The position numbers and the translations under genes are program-made. A stretch of DNA of 64,000 bases from Raillietiella orientalis. Lineage: Eukaryota. Shown here one piece after another: positions 51,501 to 64,000 of the stretch. The first letter of the stretch is position 1; every line of letters starts with the position of its first letter. The notes under the pieces are model-generated. The model did not search any database and was not told the DNA's origin. It saw nothing but the letters and a program-made list of their open reading frames with translations. The DNA is taken from positions 3,162,001 through 3,226,000 of the forward strand of contig JAYWIR010000010.1 in the NCBI GenBank assembly GCA_036172245.1, in the 5' to 3' direction.

Positions 51501-53050
51501 CAAGTAGACGCCCTCAGTCCGATGCTCTTCCTCATCTAGTGTTTTCGCTGGTGGACAGAGGTGACTGCCTCTATGGAATCCAGATCCACGACGACAGATT
51601 CACTTACCTGACCTACGCAGACAATCTTCTGCTCTTCTGGAAGTACTAAGGGGATCTGAATGCTTTCCTGGGTCCATAAAGAAAGGTCTGGGCCTCACGA
51701 TCAACGCCCACAAGTCTCATCTCTTGCCCTTTAGAATCCTGGATCTCTCCACACTAACTGAGAGGGTTCCGAGTGGTAGATGAGGTGAGTTGCCTAGGAA
51801 TTCACATCGGCGAGGCCTCGGCATCGCAAACGCTATGGAGGGAAATCCTAGGGAAGATCAAGCGAGACACCGCAAAGTACACCTAAGCAACTTCAACCTG
51901 AACCGGAGAGCCAACTTATGGAACAGTGTGTCCCTTCGCAAGTTGCTCTACGAAGTGTCTTCAGCCGAATGGGGAAAAAGGCTCGGATAGAAGTCGAGAT
52001 GCTGCAGAGGAAGACTCTGCGGCAAGAATTCGAGCCTCGATTGAGGCTCAAGACCTTGTGCCTCCCAAGAGAGGACGGAGGGACTGAGATGAAGTCGCTC
52101 AAAGATTCAGTGGAAATCCTAGATGCGCAGCAAATCCTGGCCAGGTTTTGCAACAAGTGGGGAGACCTTGCGGCTCACAGGGTCTACTCGAGACTTGAGC
52201 AACTCAAGAGGCTTGATGTCGGCGCTTATGGGCAAGACACTAGATTGGCTAGAACATCGATCCCACCTGAAAGAAAAATCAGGCATTGGAGAGAATCCAA
52301 CATCTGAAAATACTGCCTTGGATCAAGGAGACCTGGAAGAAAGGACTGATCTTGGTGATAACCTGCTTTATTTATGTCCCGCAGAAGACGCAAATGCGGA
52401 TACACCGCAAGCGAAGGATGAGAATGCAGAACTGTGAACAGTTCGCTGCCAGTGGCATCCACCACCAAATGCAACTGTTACAATACTACCAGCAATCATG
52501 AGGAGGTTCACCCATCGGACACCAGAGGTTTGCATACACAAGAAAGACGCGTGGTCCTTGGAAATAAAGAAAATGCTGAAAAGCCTTCCTCACGCCCGAA
52601 GGTAACAGGGCATCGCCTTGATGCAAGCCGCTACGACTACCACAGAGTGAGCCATCGAGAGGTTAGAGAGACCGTATCCAACAGCAGTCCGTCATCAGAC
52701 ACAGAACAATCCCGTTTTGTTCTACCACGGAGGCATAAGTGCTTTTAAGACGAGCTTTGCAAGACATGTGGAGTCAGGGAAACCCAGCTCCAGCTTCTCA
52801 TCTGCCAGACGCTGAGCCACGATAGGGCAAAGCTGAAGGCGATGACACGACTACAGGCGACCTCAAAGATGAAGATCCTGGTGGGAATGTTTGAAGGAAA
52901 CGGAAAGGAATGTATCAGGAATCCCACTATCCACAATCCCACAATCATACAATCCACGCGTTGATAAGAAGGGCAAAGATGCGAAACACCAATGTTCTAA
53001 TGCTTGCGACCAACATTGTACAAGGAGCGCTACAGAGGGAGATTAGGATT
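48550..53050 (+). mobile_element. Near full-length, inactivated L1/Tx1-clade LINE (ORF1 zinc knuckle, APE endonuclease, RT, C-terminal zinc finger)
   Basis: CKQFGHRLGTC (~49078), IAS*NVNG (~49756), DIVCLQKT (49831), VGDFN (50156), RLLAKGGDLTKVIHW*PI (~51080), LDTVDH (~51339), KGVLQVDALSPMLF (51489), TYADNLL (51611), CLGI (~51791), LCLPREDGG (52056) and CKTCGVRETQLQLLIC (52758), all in canonical order with many stops and frameshifts. Confidence 0.93.
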
Positions 53051-53099
53051 AAAAACTGCAGAACAGTACCTGCCTGGACACACCGTTACATCTTAAAGA

Positions 53100-53460
53100 C
53101 GATGGTGGCTGTTCTCCAGGTGAGTGGATCGCCCTTTAGACCCTGTGTATGGACACCTCCGCGCTACCTCTCCGGTAAGGAAGGGGATGTTCCTCTGTTT
53201 CTGCATGGGAATTCCAGTGCAATCAGCGCATTCTGCACTGGTTTCTAGGGAAGATGCCTACTCGAACACTTCCGCGTGCGGGGTGATGGAATCTCTCCTG
53301 CATCTCCTACTGGACTGCAGTGCCCTGGAGGACATGTGGTGGAGACTCGCTTCGGCTCTCCGACAACCGCAGGAAACCGCTAGGAACTTGCTGCGACGAT
53401 TCTTCACAGAAAGCAGGCTCGAGAAGGGCTCTGTGATTTCACAACCGGGTGCGCCGAGGC
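53100..53460 (+). mobile_element. L1/Tx1-type LINE 3' coding fragment ('family B'), truncated
   Basis: ACGVMESLLHLLLDCSALEDMWWRLA..LLRRFF..KGSVI in ORF 53124..53579, homologous to ~44460-44650. Confidence 0.8.
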
Positions 53461-53579
53461 GTTTCTTCCTCTTGCAGGAATCGATGGAGCCAAAAGGCTC
53501 ACTGATTCCAATTATTACATTAGCAAAAAGAAGAAGAGCCGGTGAGGTCTCTCACGTACACGAAGGGGAAGAGGAATGA

Positions 53580-56420
53580 AAAAAAATTAGAACAAAAAAA
53601 AAACAAACTATAACAAACAATAAAGATTAACAAAACAACAACGACGACAAAATTAATTGGGGAGAAGGAAAGGGATCACGTTTCATCATGAGTGAGGTCT
53701 CTGAGCTCTTTGAAGGATGCCAGCGAGCTCCCCCTTCTCCCTTTCCAGGTGGGGAGACCTCAGAGCTATCTGCAAGAAGCGGATGGTGTACAGGACAGTC
53801 CCCCCGTCGCTGCGGTCTCTCTCGGCGTTGCACTTCACCGCGACGGCACCGCGCACGAAGCACAGAGCTGCGAATGCGGCTGCGGGCGTCATGGCGTCCC
53901 ACACGAAAAGGGGCCTCAAAGAGTCTCTGGGATCGCCCACGGGGCGGGAAGGGGACGTAGAGAAACGTTCCCACAAGTCCCGGAGGACGACAGACTGCAC
54001 TATGAGGTGGGGGAAGGTCTTCTCTTTCCACACGCGCCACACTTCGGCGATACGTTTCCCCTCGTCCAGTAATGCCGGCACGCATTGCACGGAAGACTTC
54101 AGTCTGTGCAGTATCAGCACGCCGATTGCTGCCACTTGAGGAGAAGCATCTTCCTGTCCATAAATACCAGGTACACTTTCAACTCCTCGGCTTAATGGAG
54201 AAGAGTCCGTCCCAACGTTCCAGTCCTTTGGATATGGTTCTTGCTGTTGCCCCGTCAGCCAGCTCACGCGATGTCCAGCTACTGCTAGGCTTCCTGCGGG
54301 CCGAGATCTTGCAGGAAACCTCCCACTTCGCCGATAGACAGGTGCCATGTACCCCGAAAGCGGAGGACACCGCTGCGGAGAAGGGGGAGGCTGGTGGGTA
54401 GGCCAACATAGTCAGCTCATTGCTTATCGCCTCTAGTGTTCTTCCGCTGTTCTGAAACTCTCGACAGAGGGTAACTTCCCTCGGGGCCCGGATGGGCTGG
54501 GCCCTCTTCCTCACTTGCTCCTGTCGCCAGGCCGGAGTATTCGCAGGGCAGCAGCGAATCCACGTGTTCGCTTTTACCAGAATAGCGACAAATCGGAGAA
54601 GGAAGCCTCAGGATATGAGCCGGCGTTGATGACACGTGCACAGGGTTGCGAGTCCTTCACCACCGACCGCCTGCCAAGGAGCAAACGTGCAGGGGCGCAC
54701 CAATGGGTGGCCGAGTTTCGTGCCACGAAGGTCAGTCTCCGAAAGTTTAGTTGAACTTCCATGCGCTCCAACGTCAGGAGTCCAAGTCCTTCGTCGCGAC
54801 AAGAAGCACACAAGTCTTTTACTGGGAATCAGGACCTTCCATTGCCCCAGAGAGCTTTCGAAGGAGGTCCTTCGTCCGTTTCACCACATCAGGGGGAGCG
54901 GAGCACACAAAAAGCAGAGGTTGGAGGACGGGGCCACAAAAGTGTTCCACATGACGGCCCGCTCCGGCAACAGGAAGTTGCCTCATTGGAACGGGCCGAG
55001 CACCGACTCTGCCTTCTGGAGGCAGTCGAATCACGCTTCCGTAGAGAAAATATCCCCCATCGGCATGCCTAGGTACTTGAAGTACGAAACCGTGGGGATT
55101 CCCAAACGGATCCAGTCCGAATGCCCAACCGACGTCGCGCCGACCGGGCACACACTTGACTTTGCTCCATTTACCTCCATGCCCGCTCCCCTGCTTAACA
55201 GCTCGAAGAATTTCTCGAGTGCGTCTGCAGGGGAAGACATGGGAAGCAGCGGCAACAGGTCATCTACATGAGCTGACACGGCCGGCATACTGGGGCACGA
55301 GCTCAGCAGGGAAGCCAAAGTATTCCTGTACGACTTCAGCACCAGCTCGAAATAGGCTGTGAAGAGTAAGGGGCTCAGGATACCTCCCTCTCTTACGCCA
55401 CGCCGCACTGGAATGTCATACACGTGCTGGCCTTGAAAAAAGCATTCATCTATGCAGAGCGCCAGCTAGATCGCAGATGGGCCAGGAAGATGGCCGGCAA
55501 TCCCAAGCGTTCCAGAAGCTCCTGGTCGACGCAGCCGAACGCTTTGCACAGATCGACCGCGATCGCAAGCGCTCTCAACGCACCCCCCCCGACAGAGAGC
55601 CTACCTGTCCATGCGCTCCGGGGAATCGAGGATTCCCCTGGCCTTTTGTGTCACCCCGCTGTAGCAACCCGAGCCAGGTCCGCGAGAGGAACAGGTTGGC
55701 TTTCATCAATCGGCTGGGAACAGCGAACGTCTGCTCCGGACTTATAAAGGTTTCGGCCACCTGTCCGATTCTCTCGGACCACAGCTTCGCCAGCAAACTG
55801 GCATCTGCATTTACTACCGTAATCGGCTGCCAGTTACCAATGTTGCGTAGGTCTCCTCCCTTCGGGAGGAGCCTTACTTTAGCTGACCGGATCGAGTCAG
55901 GAACCTCTCCTGTTTCCCGAGTCAGCACGTCCATCTGCTGCACCAAGGGCGCGCGAGCTCTACCGCAAAGCTCTGGTAAAACTCTGCAAGCAGGCCGTCC
56001 TTCCCTGGAGCTTTCCTTTTCCGGAGCATTCCGATGGCGCTGGTAATTTCTCCAATCAAGAAAGGTTCCGCGAGCCGCTGCCACGCCTCTTTCCCTATCT
56101 CTGGAGCGCCTTCTGGCAGTAGGTGCTGCGAGAAGTCGCGTGCCAATGATGCCTTTGCGTAAAGGGAGGAGTAGTAATTGCTCACAATGCGCTTGACCTG
56201 CTGTGGGGCCGAGCATTCCAGGCTGTTTTCATCTAGCAAGGTGGCTGAGCTGGACTTCCGGGCCTGGCGATCGGCACCCGCTCGAAATTCCGCCAGTCGA
56301 CGTACGTCTGGCCGTCTTTGTCATGACCACGCCTGCAAGAACGCTCGCTCGTTCCGCAAACCCTTTCCGAGACCGGTGGGAGGCAGCCCATCGGGAATCT
56401 TTAGCAGAACTTTCGGATCG
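53580..56420 (-). mobile_element. 5'-truncated L1/Tx1-clade LINE ('family A'), the best-preserved RT in the window but frameshifted
   Basis: KAPGKDGLLAEFY, SAKVRLLPKGGDLRNIGNWQPITVVNAD, ISPEQ, AVDLCKAFGCVDQ, RRGVREGGILSPLLF, SAHVDDL, FKYLG and EGLGL; C-terminus WDAMT..ELAGIL followed by a T-rich 3'UTR. Confidence 0.95.
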
Positions 56421-56965
56421 AGTGCTTGACAGCGTCCCAGTCCTCGAGTCTCTGCACTGCTGCTCCTCTCAGGAAGCTACGGAGGTCTCTGCACTGCCTC
56501 GGGGAGACGCACCCAGTCTCCTGGTATACGCCACGCGGAGGACGGGGCGCGGTAATCGCAACAGTCAATTGCATCCGCGCCATAGGGACAGTCCGCCATG
56601 TGTTGGAGTCAGGTTCACGTCGAATAGAGGCCACGAGCACGGTAGCAAGCCTCATGAGGACCGCAGAAGGTAGCCTTATCTACCAGAAGAATTCTCCAGG
56701 GAGATCTCCACCGTCCAGAGCAGCTTCTAGAAGGAAAGGAACGTCTTATACCAAAGGTCTCTCTGTCCTCACCTTCCCGTCTTTCTTTCATTTATTTATT
56801 GTTCCTTTCTTTCCTACTTTTTGGAAGTCGGCCTGCTTGCCGGTGGTTGACCCGGATGAACTTCTTTTTATTTTGTGGGATTTCTCGCCTTAAAAGGGTT
56901 CATTTCCCTTCTAATTTGTAGTTTTGTTTTTCTAAAACAAATGTCCAAGCGTAACCGGGTGAGAA
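56420..56965 (+). mobile_element. L1/Tx1-type LINE 3' end (family B-related)
   Basis: VLDSVPVLESL and AVIATVNCIRAIGTVRHVLE..MRTA; T-rich 3'UTR; terminal AAATGTCCAAGCGTAACCGGGTG at 56939-56961. Confidence 0.75.
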
Positions 56966-57199
56966 CCAGACCCTAGGGACCCCCTCAATAGAGAAAAACA
57001 CTGAACAAAGAAAAGTGACATTCAGTGCCTTGAAGTTTTGTGTAACACTCGACAAAGTTTCTGCGTAAATGCAGGATTGTGGAATTGTTTTGAAAGTCGT
57101 TAAATAAATTCACTCCATTGCTTGTCGGACATAAAGGAAATCTTAGATGTGCCCTATCATCCTGGATTTTCAGACCTCTTGTTTGAAACAAAGGAGCAA

Positions 57200-59800
57200 A
57201 ATTACCCCAATAAGGAACAGCATCCAACATATAAAAACCAAAACTAGGCTCTCCCTTCCCTTTTGTTCAACACTCCACACACCTCCAAGGTCAGTCTCCA
57301 ACCTTGCATCTCCAAGGTCAGCTACTACATCATTATATCATCTTTCTCGCACCAGTCCCGGATTCCACACGGCAGTCACCACTTTAAAGTTCGCTGGCTA
57401 AGAAATCGAAAGTTCTCGAGCAGATAGGTGATACCACACCCTCTCGATACATAAACTTTCCCCCTAAACAAGCTCATCAGCCATAGTGCCATATGTCAAG
57501 CATATTCCATGGTGCTTTACTTGAGCAGCCATAGCGACGAAGACCGCATCATGCTCACCAGCCACGCATCCTGTGCAGTTGCCGTCCAAGAAACGGCTCA
57601 AGAGGCACACAGCACACCTTCAAACTGACAGCCTTCATCTCCACGAGCTCCAAACCATCCTATAAATGAAGAATTCCTCAACGAAAGAACACACTTTGAA
57701 CATGCAAGAGGGAGCCCGCAGCTCAACATCCAATACCGCTCCTAACAAGATGCAGAACCGTAAGCAGCAGGAAACCCAGCCAACGACGAACGCCCGTCAT
57801 ACGAGAAACAAAGTGGTCGAAAACCCCACCACCTCTAACTCTCGTTCGGCGCGGGGCAGCAGTCACAGTCCTACGACCACAACTGGATCACAGACCTAAG
57901 GCAACAAATCACTCGCAACCTTTCACAAAAACAAAAATTTCTTGATAGCGTTCCCTATCTTCCGCCTGTTTGTTTTTTAGACGCTCCAGGATGACAAAGA
58001 CGAACAGTGGATCATGAACGACCACACCGCCTTCTACTTCAAACAGATCTTTCTCGTTAATGAAGCTACGAGACGAAACCACAGAAAGCAATATCTCATC
58101 CCCGAGGAGAGATCTTGCCTGCTTCTTAGGCACCGACAACGTCCGCACATATTATAAGGACCACCTCATCCCAGAGGCAGCGTCTGGTACAACGAAGCAG
58201 AAGACAGCACTGGAAAGACCACTGTAGGCTTTGGCGAAAAGAAAACGCAGTCTGCCTACAAAGCTGCCATGAAACAGCCTTCACAACGCTGAGCCAATAG
58301 TGTGCGGGATTCCACCAGGGGCAATACTGTTCCATCGTATCAGTCAAAAAGAGCATGATAGTGGACGCCAGATATCAAAAAGCTATAAAATTCTTCCCGC
58401 CTTCTCCTGTAATATGTTTCGTTACCTCTGCCTCCTCGAAACGAAAGGTCACCGAACTCACTGAGGGCGGAAATACTGAGGAAGCGAAGAGAAGGGTAAA
58501 TAATTCAATGGGGTGAATGGACCACCTCAAAGTGATGAATAACTCTCGAGAGTCCGTGTCCCTCAGGAAAAAACCGGCCAGGAAAAACTGCGTGGTACGT
58601 CACCACCCTTTTCCAGCTAGTCCGACAGCAATCGTTCTGAGGCTCCCACCTTCCATTGTGTTCCATCTCGCTGCCCTTCTAATGGAAGCGACGGCAGTTA
58701 CAGACTGCTGAACGTAGCAGAATATGCCTAGCGAGTATTCAGTTGCTTCTAGTAGGGCTGGGGAGGTAACATTGAACCGGCTGAGGAGCCTGATACGTCG
58801 AAGAGCTGCCGGAGTATACGCTCATTTTTCCTTTATGACGTGCACGTTTCTTAAAGACCCCCTATGCAGAGATGCCTTGAGATTTCTCGTTCCGAGGGAG
58901 GTTTCAGGTTGCCAGCAGAGTCGCAGTGTGCTTTCGGCGCAAAGGCAGGATGAAGTTGTCCTCCAGGAAGTCCAGGAACTCGCGTAATTTTCTTCGTGAA
59001 TTCCAAGGAAAGCCTTCCCTATTTTGGGCCCCTGAATGGAGTTTGTGAAAGTGTCTTTGTGCTCTAGCCTCCAAGCCCTTCATTGAGATGGTGTACTAAA
59101 CGTCCCCCTCAATTAATCGGGTGACCTCCCACACTGCGGTGAAATCCTCCCTTTCCTCTTCCTGCCAATCGTATCAGGAATTGTATGGCGTCCTGGAAAG
59201 CAGGATCATCTTTATCCAGGATCTCTACTTTGGAGATCCTCCGCAGGTGGCAGGTGGCACTGTTGCTAGAGGTGGAGTGGTCGGTCTCTCCAGGTTATCA
59301 AGCGTAGCTGTTGAGTGAACAGTAAAGAATCCATTTGTGGTCATCCGGCAGCATCCCAGTTGAGCGAGAAGGATAAGAAAAGCTCCAATAGTGCCAACGG
59401 CTGTGCCGAAGGATCGAGTTATCGATTTCAGACCACCACAATACCCCGCCATCCTTTATCAGTGTGGTCACCCGGGTGAGAAGACTCATCTCCCTACCTG
59501 ACGTTCCACTGAAATCGCAGTTCGGCTAAGCGCTTGCACGCGTCTCGTGACAAATTGCCATCGGCATGGAATCTGACTTGACTCGAAGTTTACCCTGCGC
59601 AAACCGAGATTTTGACGCATGCCGCCCGAAGAGGGAATTCGCTATGCCGTTCCCGGACACTTGCAGATGGCATCTTCCACATAAGTGTGTGAAAGTACCT
59701 CCTCCATTCGCGAAGGATTCAGTGCTCACCATGGTAACAGGAACTCGTAGTCACGGAACGGCTAGGCAGAGGCTCGTTAGGTAAATCCGAATGGCTGGAG
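57200..59800 (+). mobile_element. Degenerate L1-type LINE RT and downstream region
   Basis: CAGFHQG (~58301), ARYQKA (~58367), LRLPPSIVFHLA (~58637), RKGRMKL (LS-x2-GR-like, ~58938) and DGVLNVPSI (GGL-x2-P-like, ~59087) in order. Confidence 0.5.
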
Positions 59801-60199
59801 TCAGCCATTGGTTTCTAAAGAGGCGAAGTGGGTTTCCAGGATGCCGGAACTGAAGCGAAAGGTGCCTTTGTCAGCTGTCGATCGTACATTGAATGTGCAG
59901 TGGATGCACAGTCTAAAACGACCTTGCGTGCTGCACTTTCGCTCACTGTTCATTGCAAAATGTGCTGACAAGGAGTAAAACCAACAGACGGGGAATTCTT
60001 CATTCTTCGTCACTTCTTGCGTCTCTCTTGCAATCGGTACTGAAGGTGTTGTGAACTTCAGTCGGTGGTGAATCGACTCGGAGTGGTTGATTTGTCAATA
60101 AGAAAATGTTCTATTCCCGTGGCAATTAGATCGACAACAAAAGAAAATGATATTAAAATAAATAAGAAGATTCGACAGAAGTCAAGGAATTAAATGCAG

Positions 60200-61800
60200 A
60201 CACTGAAAGGGAAAACGAAAGGAAAACAACAAAACCAAACAAGAACAAAGCAGAAATACCAATGTACTCATTCAGGAGCAGGTGGACATTGGACTCTGCA
60301 TTCTCCCTCTCAACTTCTTTCTATCAAAAAGCCCAGCCACTTTGATGCAGACTCCTGTTTTACCATTCCTTGTGTGATTCATGTTGGACTTGCGCTCATC
60401 AAATCTTGCTGCAGAAGATACCATATGCACACTGTCCGCTGCGACCAAGTGTTCGAACTTTTGCTCACTAGTCGAATATGCCGAGGCTGAAGAGCAAAGA
60501 ATATGGCCTGGGATCTTAAAAAATGAAGTGGGAGACAGAGAGAGTAATTCATTTTTCTTTTCTTCTTTCGAATAATCTGTTCCAGATTCAAGCGACGCAT
60601 CCTCACCCATATGGATGGGTGGTGTCAGCAAGTAGTCTGAGTCACGAATCTGCAATTCCAACGCCTCGCGAACGACATGTTTCTGAATCTTGGGACGGTC
60701 CACAGCCAACCCTGCATTCTGAATCCCAAACCAAGGAAAACACCGGCCGTTTCGTGCTGAGGTTTCCTGTCTTGTTGTCAAAGTCGCCGATCTACCTGAG
60801 TATTGAAAAATTCAGAATTTGGACTTGGGTGTTCTGAAAGTTTAATGGGGTCCTCGATGCAAGGTCAGGGGATGTTTCTCTATTGTTTCAAGACTCAAGA
60901 AAGATTATGTGGTGGCTGCTTTGCTGCTGCGAACTAGCTGATTCCACTCATAGCATGCCAGTGATGTATCTCGTTGTCTCTCTAGCCTGAAGAACTTTTC
61001 ATGCTCTCTCATCCTTTTGAAAGGGGAAACCAAACTGCTGGAGTCTGAGTTGAAACAGGATCAAAGGATCCTGGAGTCTCAGATTCCACCCGCCCACCAA
61101 AATTCAGAGGAAGGAGTCCAGAATTCAGCAGGTAGATTGTATCCTCAGGTGTCACGCGCCCACACTACAAGCACATTTTCTATGTTTTCTGGTATAAAGG
61201 GTTTCCATCGAGAAGTCGAAGAGATTCTTTAGTGATTCTGCTAATGGATGCATTCTGCAGTCATCTCAGGAAGGTCTCGTGAGACATGTGAAGGTATAAG
61301 AAGATTATTCATAGCAAGGTTGCTGTGGAGGAGTCTTCACTCAAATTTTTGCGCATATCGCCCTGCACAAAAAAGTGAAGGACGAGTTTCCCTTTTTTCC
61401 TAGATCTTTCCATTAAGAACTATGGATGACCAATGTGGTGTTTTTGTCATACATCTCCAGACTTCTCTATGTTCGAGAACTCCATCTCCATCTCTTTTCT
61501 TATGCATCGAACCAGCTCCTTGAAAGTTTTCTATTCCCTCAGCATTTCATTGCTTCTTAGATTCTAAGAAGCCAAGGATGAAGCAACCGCTTCCTCACAG
61601 ATAAATTAACTCAAATCACGATGTCCCAAGGGATCCTGCATGCGTTCGAAATTGAAATTCTTCCTTGCAAACGAAACTAGCCGGAGTGGAACACCTTGCC
61701 ACCATGCAGTCCTCTACATCAAACAAGCAAAAGCCATTCGCGAAAGGACTGATTCGATGAAATGTTTTCTATACCAGCGTCCCATCATTGATGCTTTGTT
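60200..61800 (-). mobile_element. Degenerate LINE (endonuclease to RT start)
   Basis: FFVQGDM (~61355-61375) and downstream NHTRNGKTGVC (NGKAxG-like) in ORF 60272..60781. Confidence 0.4.
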
Positions 61801-62199
61801 CCCTGAACTTGTGCCCTGCTAAAATAAGTTCAATATCACGGGTGACAATAAGACACCGTGACCGGGCACTTAAGCCATCCAGGAGTTTCTTAGTCACACC
61901 ATGAGGGAAACCACATAAAAGCTTTTGGGGGCTCTCTGTTTCTACTCGTATGGACTAATCCCAATGAGGTGTGCCCTCAACTAGCTGACGGAGGACTGCC
62001 ATTCCTTCTCTGCAACAAGTTCAACGCAGTATCCAGACTCCTTTGCTCAGGATGGGCAAATTGCAATGGTGAAGAGTGGAGAGTCTTAACCACAGAGATG
62101 GGAACGTTCCAATTGCAAGAGAAAAGAAGGAACGACGCTTCTTGTGAGAATTTTTCTCAGTTTCCCTAGAGTTTGGTTCCACCAGAGTCTGCAATTCCC

Positions 62200-63900
62200 T
62201 GTATATGTTCTGCAATTCCTCTAGGCAAAGAACAAAAGGAAAGTGCTCACCTCTAAAGGGCAGTAAGAGAACTAAAGTATGTGTCTACTGTTGACTGGCA
62301 TAGTGATATTACTCTTTTCCCAATCCTTTCTCAGATTGTCTTTTCGTTATTTCTGTCCATCACTACTTCAAAAGATGCCAGCATCCATAATGTGCTGGAA
62401 ACTCTTGCGAAGAATTTTCTTTTTCCAGCTTTCGAGTTTCCTGATGTATGTGTATGGCTACTAGTGGCCTAACGACTGGACATGCTAAAAAATGTATTTC
62501 ATCCTCAAAAAGTTCAAATTAGTTTCTTGCTGTGATTTATGACTTGATTGCTTCATCAATATTCATTCTTTAGTCAATAGCAATCCACTGTGCACAAAAG
62601 CTTTATCTGTACCACATCGACACTTGTGATCAGAAGCCTTGTTTGCGTTAAACATAGGCAGAGAAACCCCACCAAGTCATTGATATCCATGCTAGCAATC
62701 TTTATTTCATCATTAGCCTTTCAGTTCCTCGATGCTCACACCTCAGAGGATTTACCAGCGCGACTGGGATAAAACTAAGCAAAACTGGAATGTGAAATGA
62801 TAGTTGGCCAATAGATACCAGGCATATCTTTTCTATAGAGTCCTTGCTTAAGAAGTGATGCAGAATTGAATGGAAAGAATAGAAGATCACATCAAGAAGG
62901 ATGCGAAAGCAATAATGGTGAAACATTGCGATCGAAATCCAAATTACAGGCATGATATGCTTAATACTTGACGTGCTTTCCTTCTTCTTTCTTTAATCTC
63001 TTGATTAAAAGTTCTGGAGAACACTGAGAACACGACTGGAACCAATCTCAGCATCCCTAGCAGCACTTCATTGTTTGGAAACAGCTGGATTTATTTTTGT
63101 CCCCAGATCAATGAATATATCCTTAATTCATAGAATTACTCCATCCATTCATTTGTCCCGGGCTAGATTGGGTGCAATTATTCAAAATTAATGTCTAGAA
63201 GATGAGAGCAGCTGCAGCCTGATTTACCGATTCATCTTTGATCAGCTTAATTTGGGCTTCTGGGTCGCAAGTTGTTGCTCGTTCCTACGTTTCAGCTAAA
63301 GTGAAGTCAGAATTTGTGGAGAAGCACTTCATTTCCGGAGGAAACAGGTCCACGATGCCGTGCTCTGTGCATACCAATTCCCGAGCAGAATCGACTCAAT
63401 CTCCTTCCCTACTGTATAGGAAATCCCCCTTGTGAACCCAATTTCAAGCAGCACTTCTGATACATTTCGGACCACTTCAGACGTCTCTCGCAAAAAAAAT
63501 CAATCATCGACGAATCGGTGTTTTTGAAGTTTTCACGATTCGCATCATCCTCCGTAATTGGTGATTCGAAGCTTCACAGCCTTTTTTCATCATGCGTTAT
63601 TCAACGCGGCTTTTCTAATTTTCCCAACCGGCTCTTAAAGAATGCCTTCCACAGAAATGCTTCAATTGGGCTTGTCCTGGTCCTTTGCCCACTGGTTTCT
63701 TCTCTCCTTAATGAGCCTACTTTGTTCTTGCTTTGAATTCCACCAGGGTTGATAGTATCACTTTCACTTGAGATGTGGGGAATTATGACGTAGTACCTTC
63801 AACTTTCCCTGCATGCGAGTGCATTCCTCTCCCACTGAGTTGAATCCTAGGTTACCCATCATGCTCTGGCTCTGGTAAATATCAGTCATCAATATTCATG
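62200..63900 (-). mobile_element. Degenerate LINE RT and 3' region
   Basis: ESPITEDD (~63545-63568), IFIDLG (~63100-63120) and YIRKLESWKKKILR (~62408-62450) in order on the minus strand. Confidence 0.5.
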
Positions 63901-64000
63901 CATTCTTCATACAAAACCTTACCTTGAGCAAAAGATCGTCATCTCGCGTCTTCAAATCAGAAATCCTGAGGCAATCGCTTAGAATATAATTTAGACAATC

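Noticed and set aside
53580..56965. Twin-priming inversion of a single LINE
   Set aside because: The minus part has its own family A C-terminus and 3'UTR, while the plus part is family B-like, so they are separate elements.
59225..59452. MAGYCGGLKSIT as an ionotropic-receptor transmembrane segment
   Set aside because: No supporting domains, and the opposite strand carries ordered L1-type RT motifs.
1..64000. CRISPR arrays, operons, retrons or other prokaryotic systems
   Set aside because: No regularly spaced repeats or dense intact ORFs. The RT motifs come with APE endonuclease and L1-type zinc-finger remnants, which marks them as eukaryotic LINEs.

Overview
Eukaryotic, most likely invertebrate animal, repeat-dense DNA with no intact protein-coding gene, rRNA, bona fide tRNA or CRISPR array that I can support. 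Most of the 64 kb is a nested graveyard of decayed non-LTR retrotransposons (LINEs) in both orientations, recognised by manual translation of APE-endonuclease and reverse-transcriptase motifs. The clearest are L1/Tx1-type elements at 48550-53050 (+), 53580-56420 (-), 16820-20300 (-) and 6500-10950 (+). Many older jockey/CR1/RTE-like fragments are recognisable only from eroded motifs. The window also holds a 623-bp piggyBac-type MITE (TTAA target duplication), a C2H2 zinc-finger pseudogene (possibly PRDM10-like), a NACHT-NTPase pseudogene and a (GA)n microsatellite. The best unexplained signals are RNA-level: a 23-nt 3'-terminal stem-loop shared by five LINE ends from two families with different ORF2 tails, a conserved 3'UTR block, and several candidate hairpins or pseudoknots near apparent LINE 5' ends. 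I see no convincing evidence of a new multi-gene system. Boundaries of decayed elements are approximate (often +/-100-300 bp) and clade labels are tentative.
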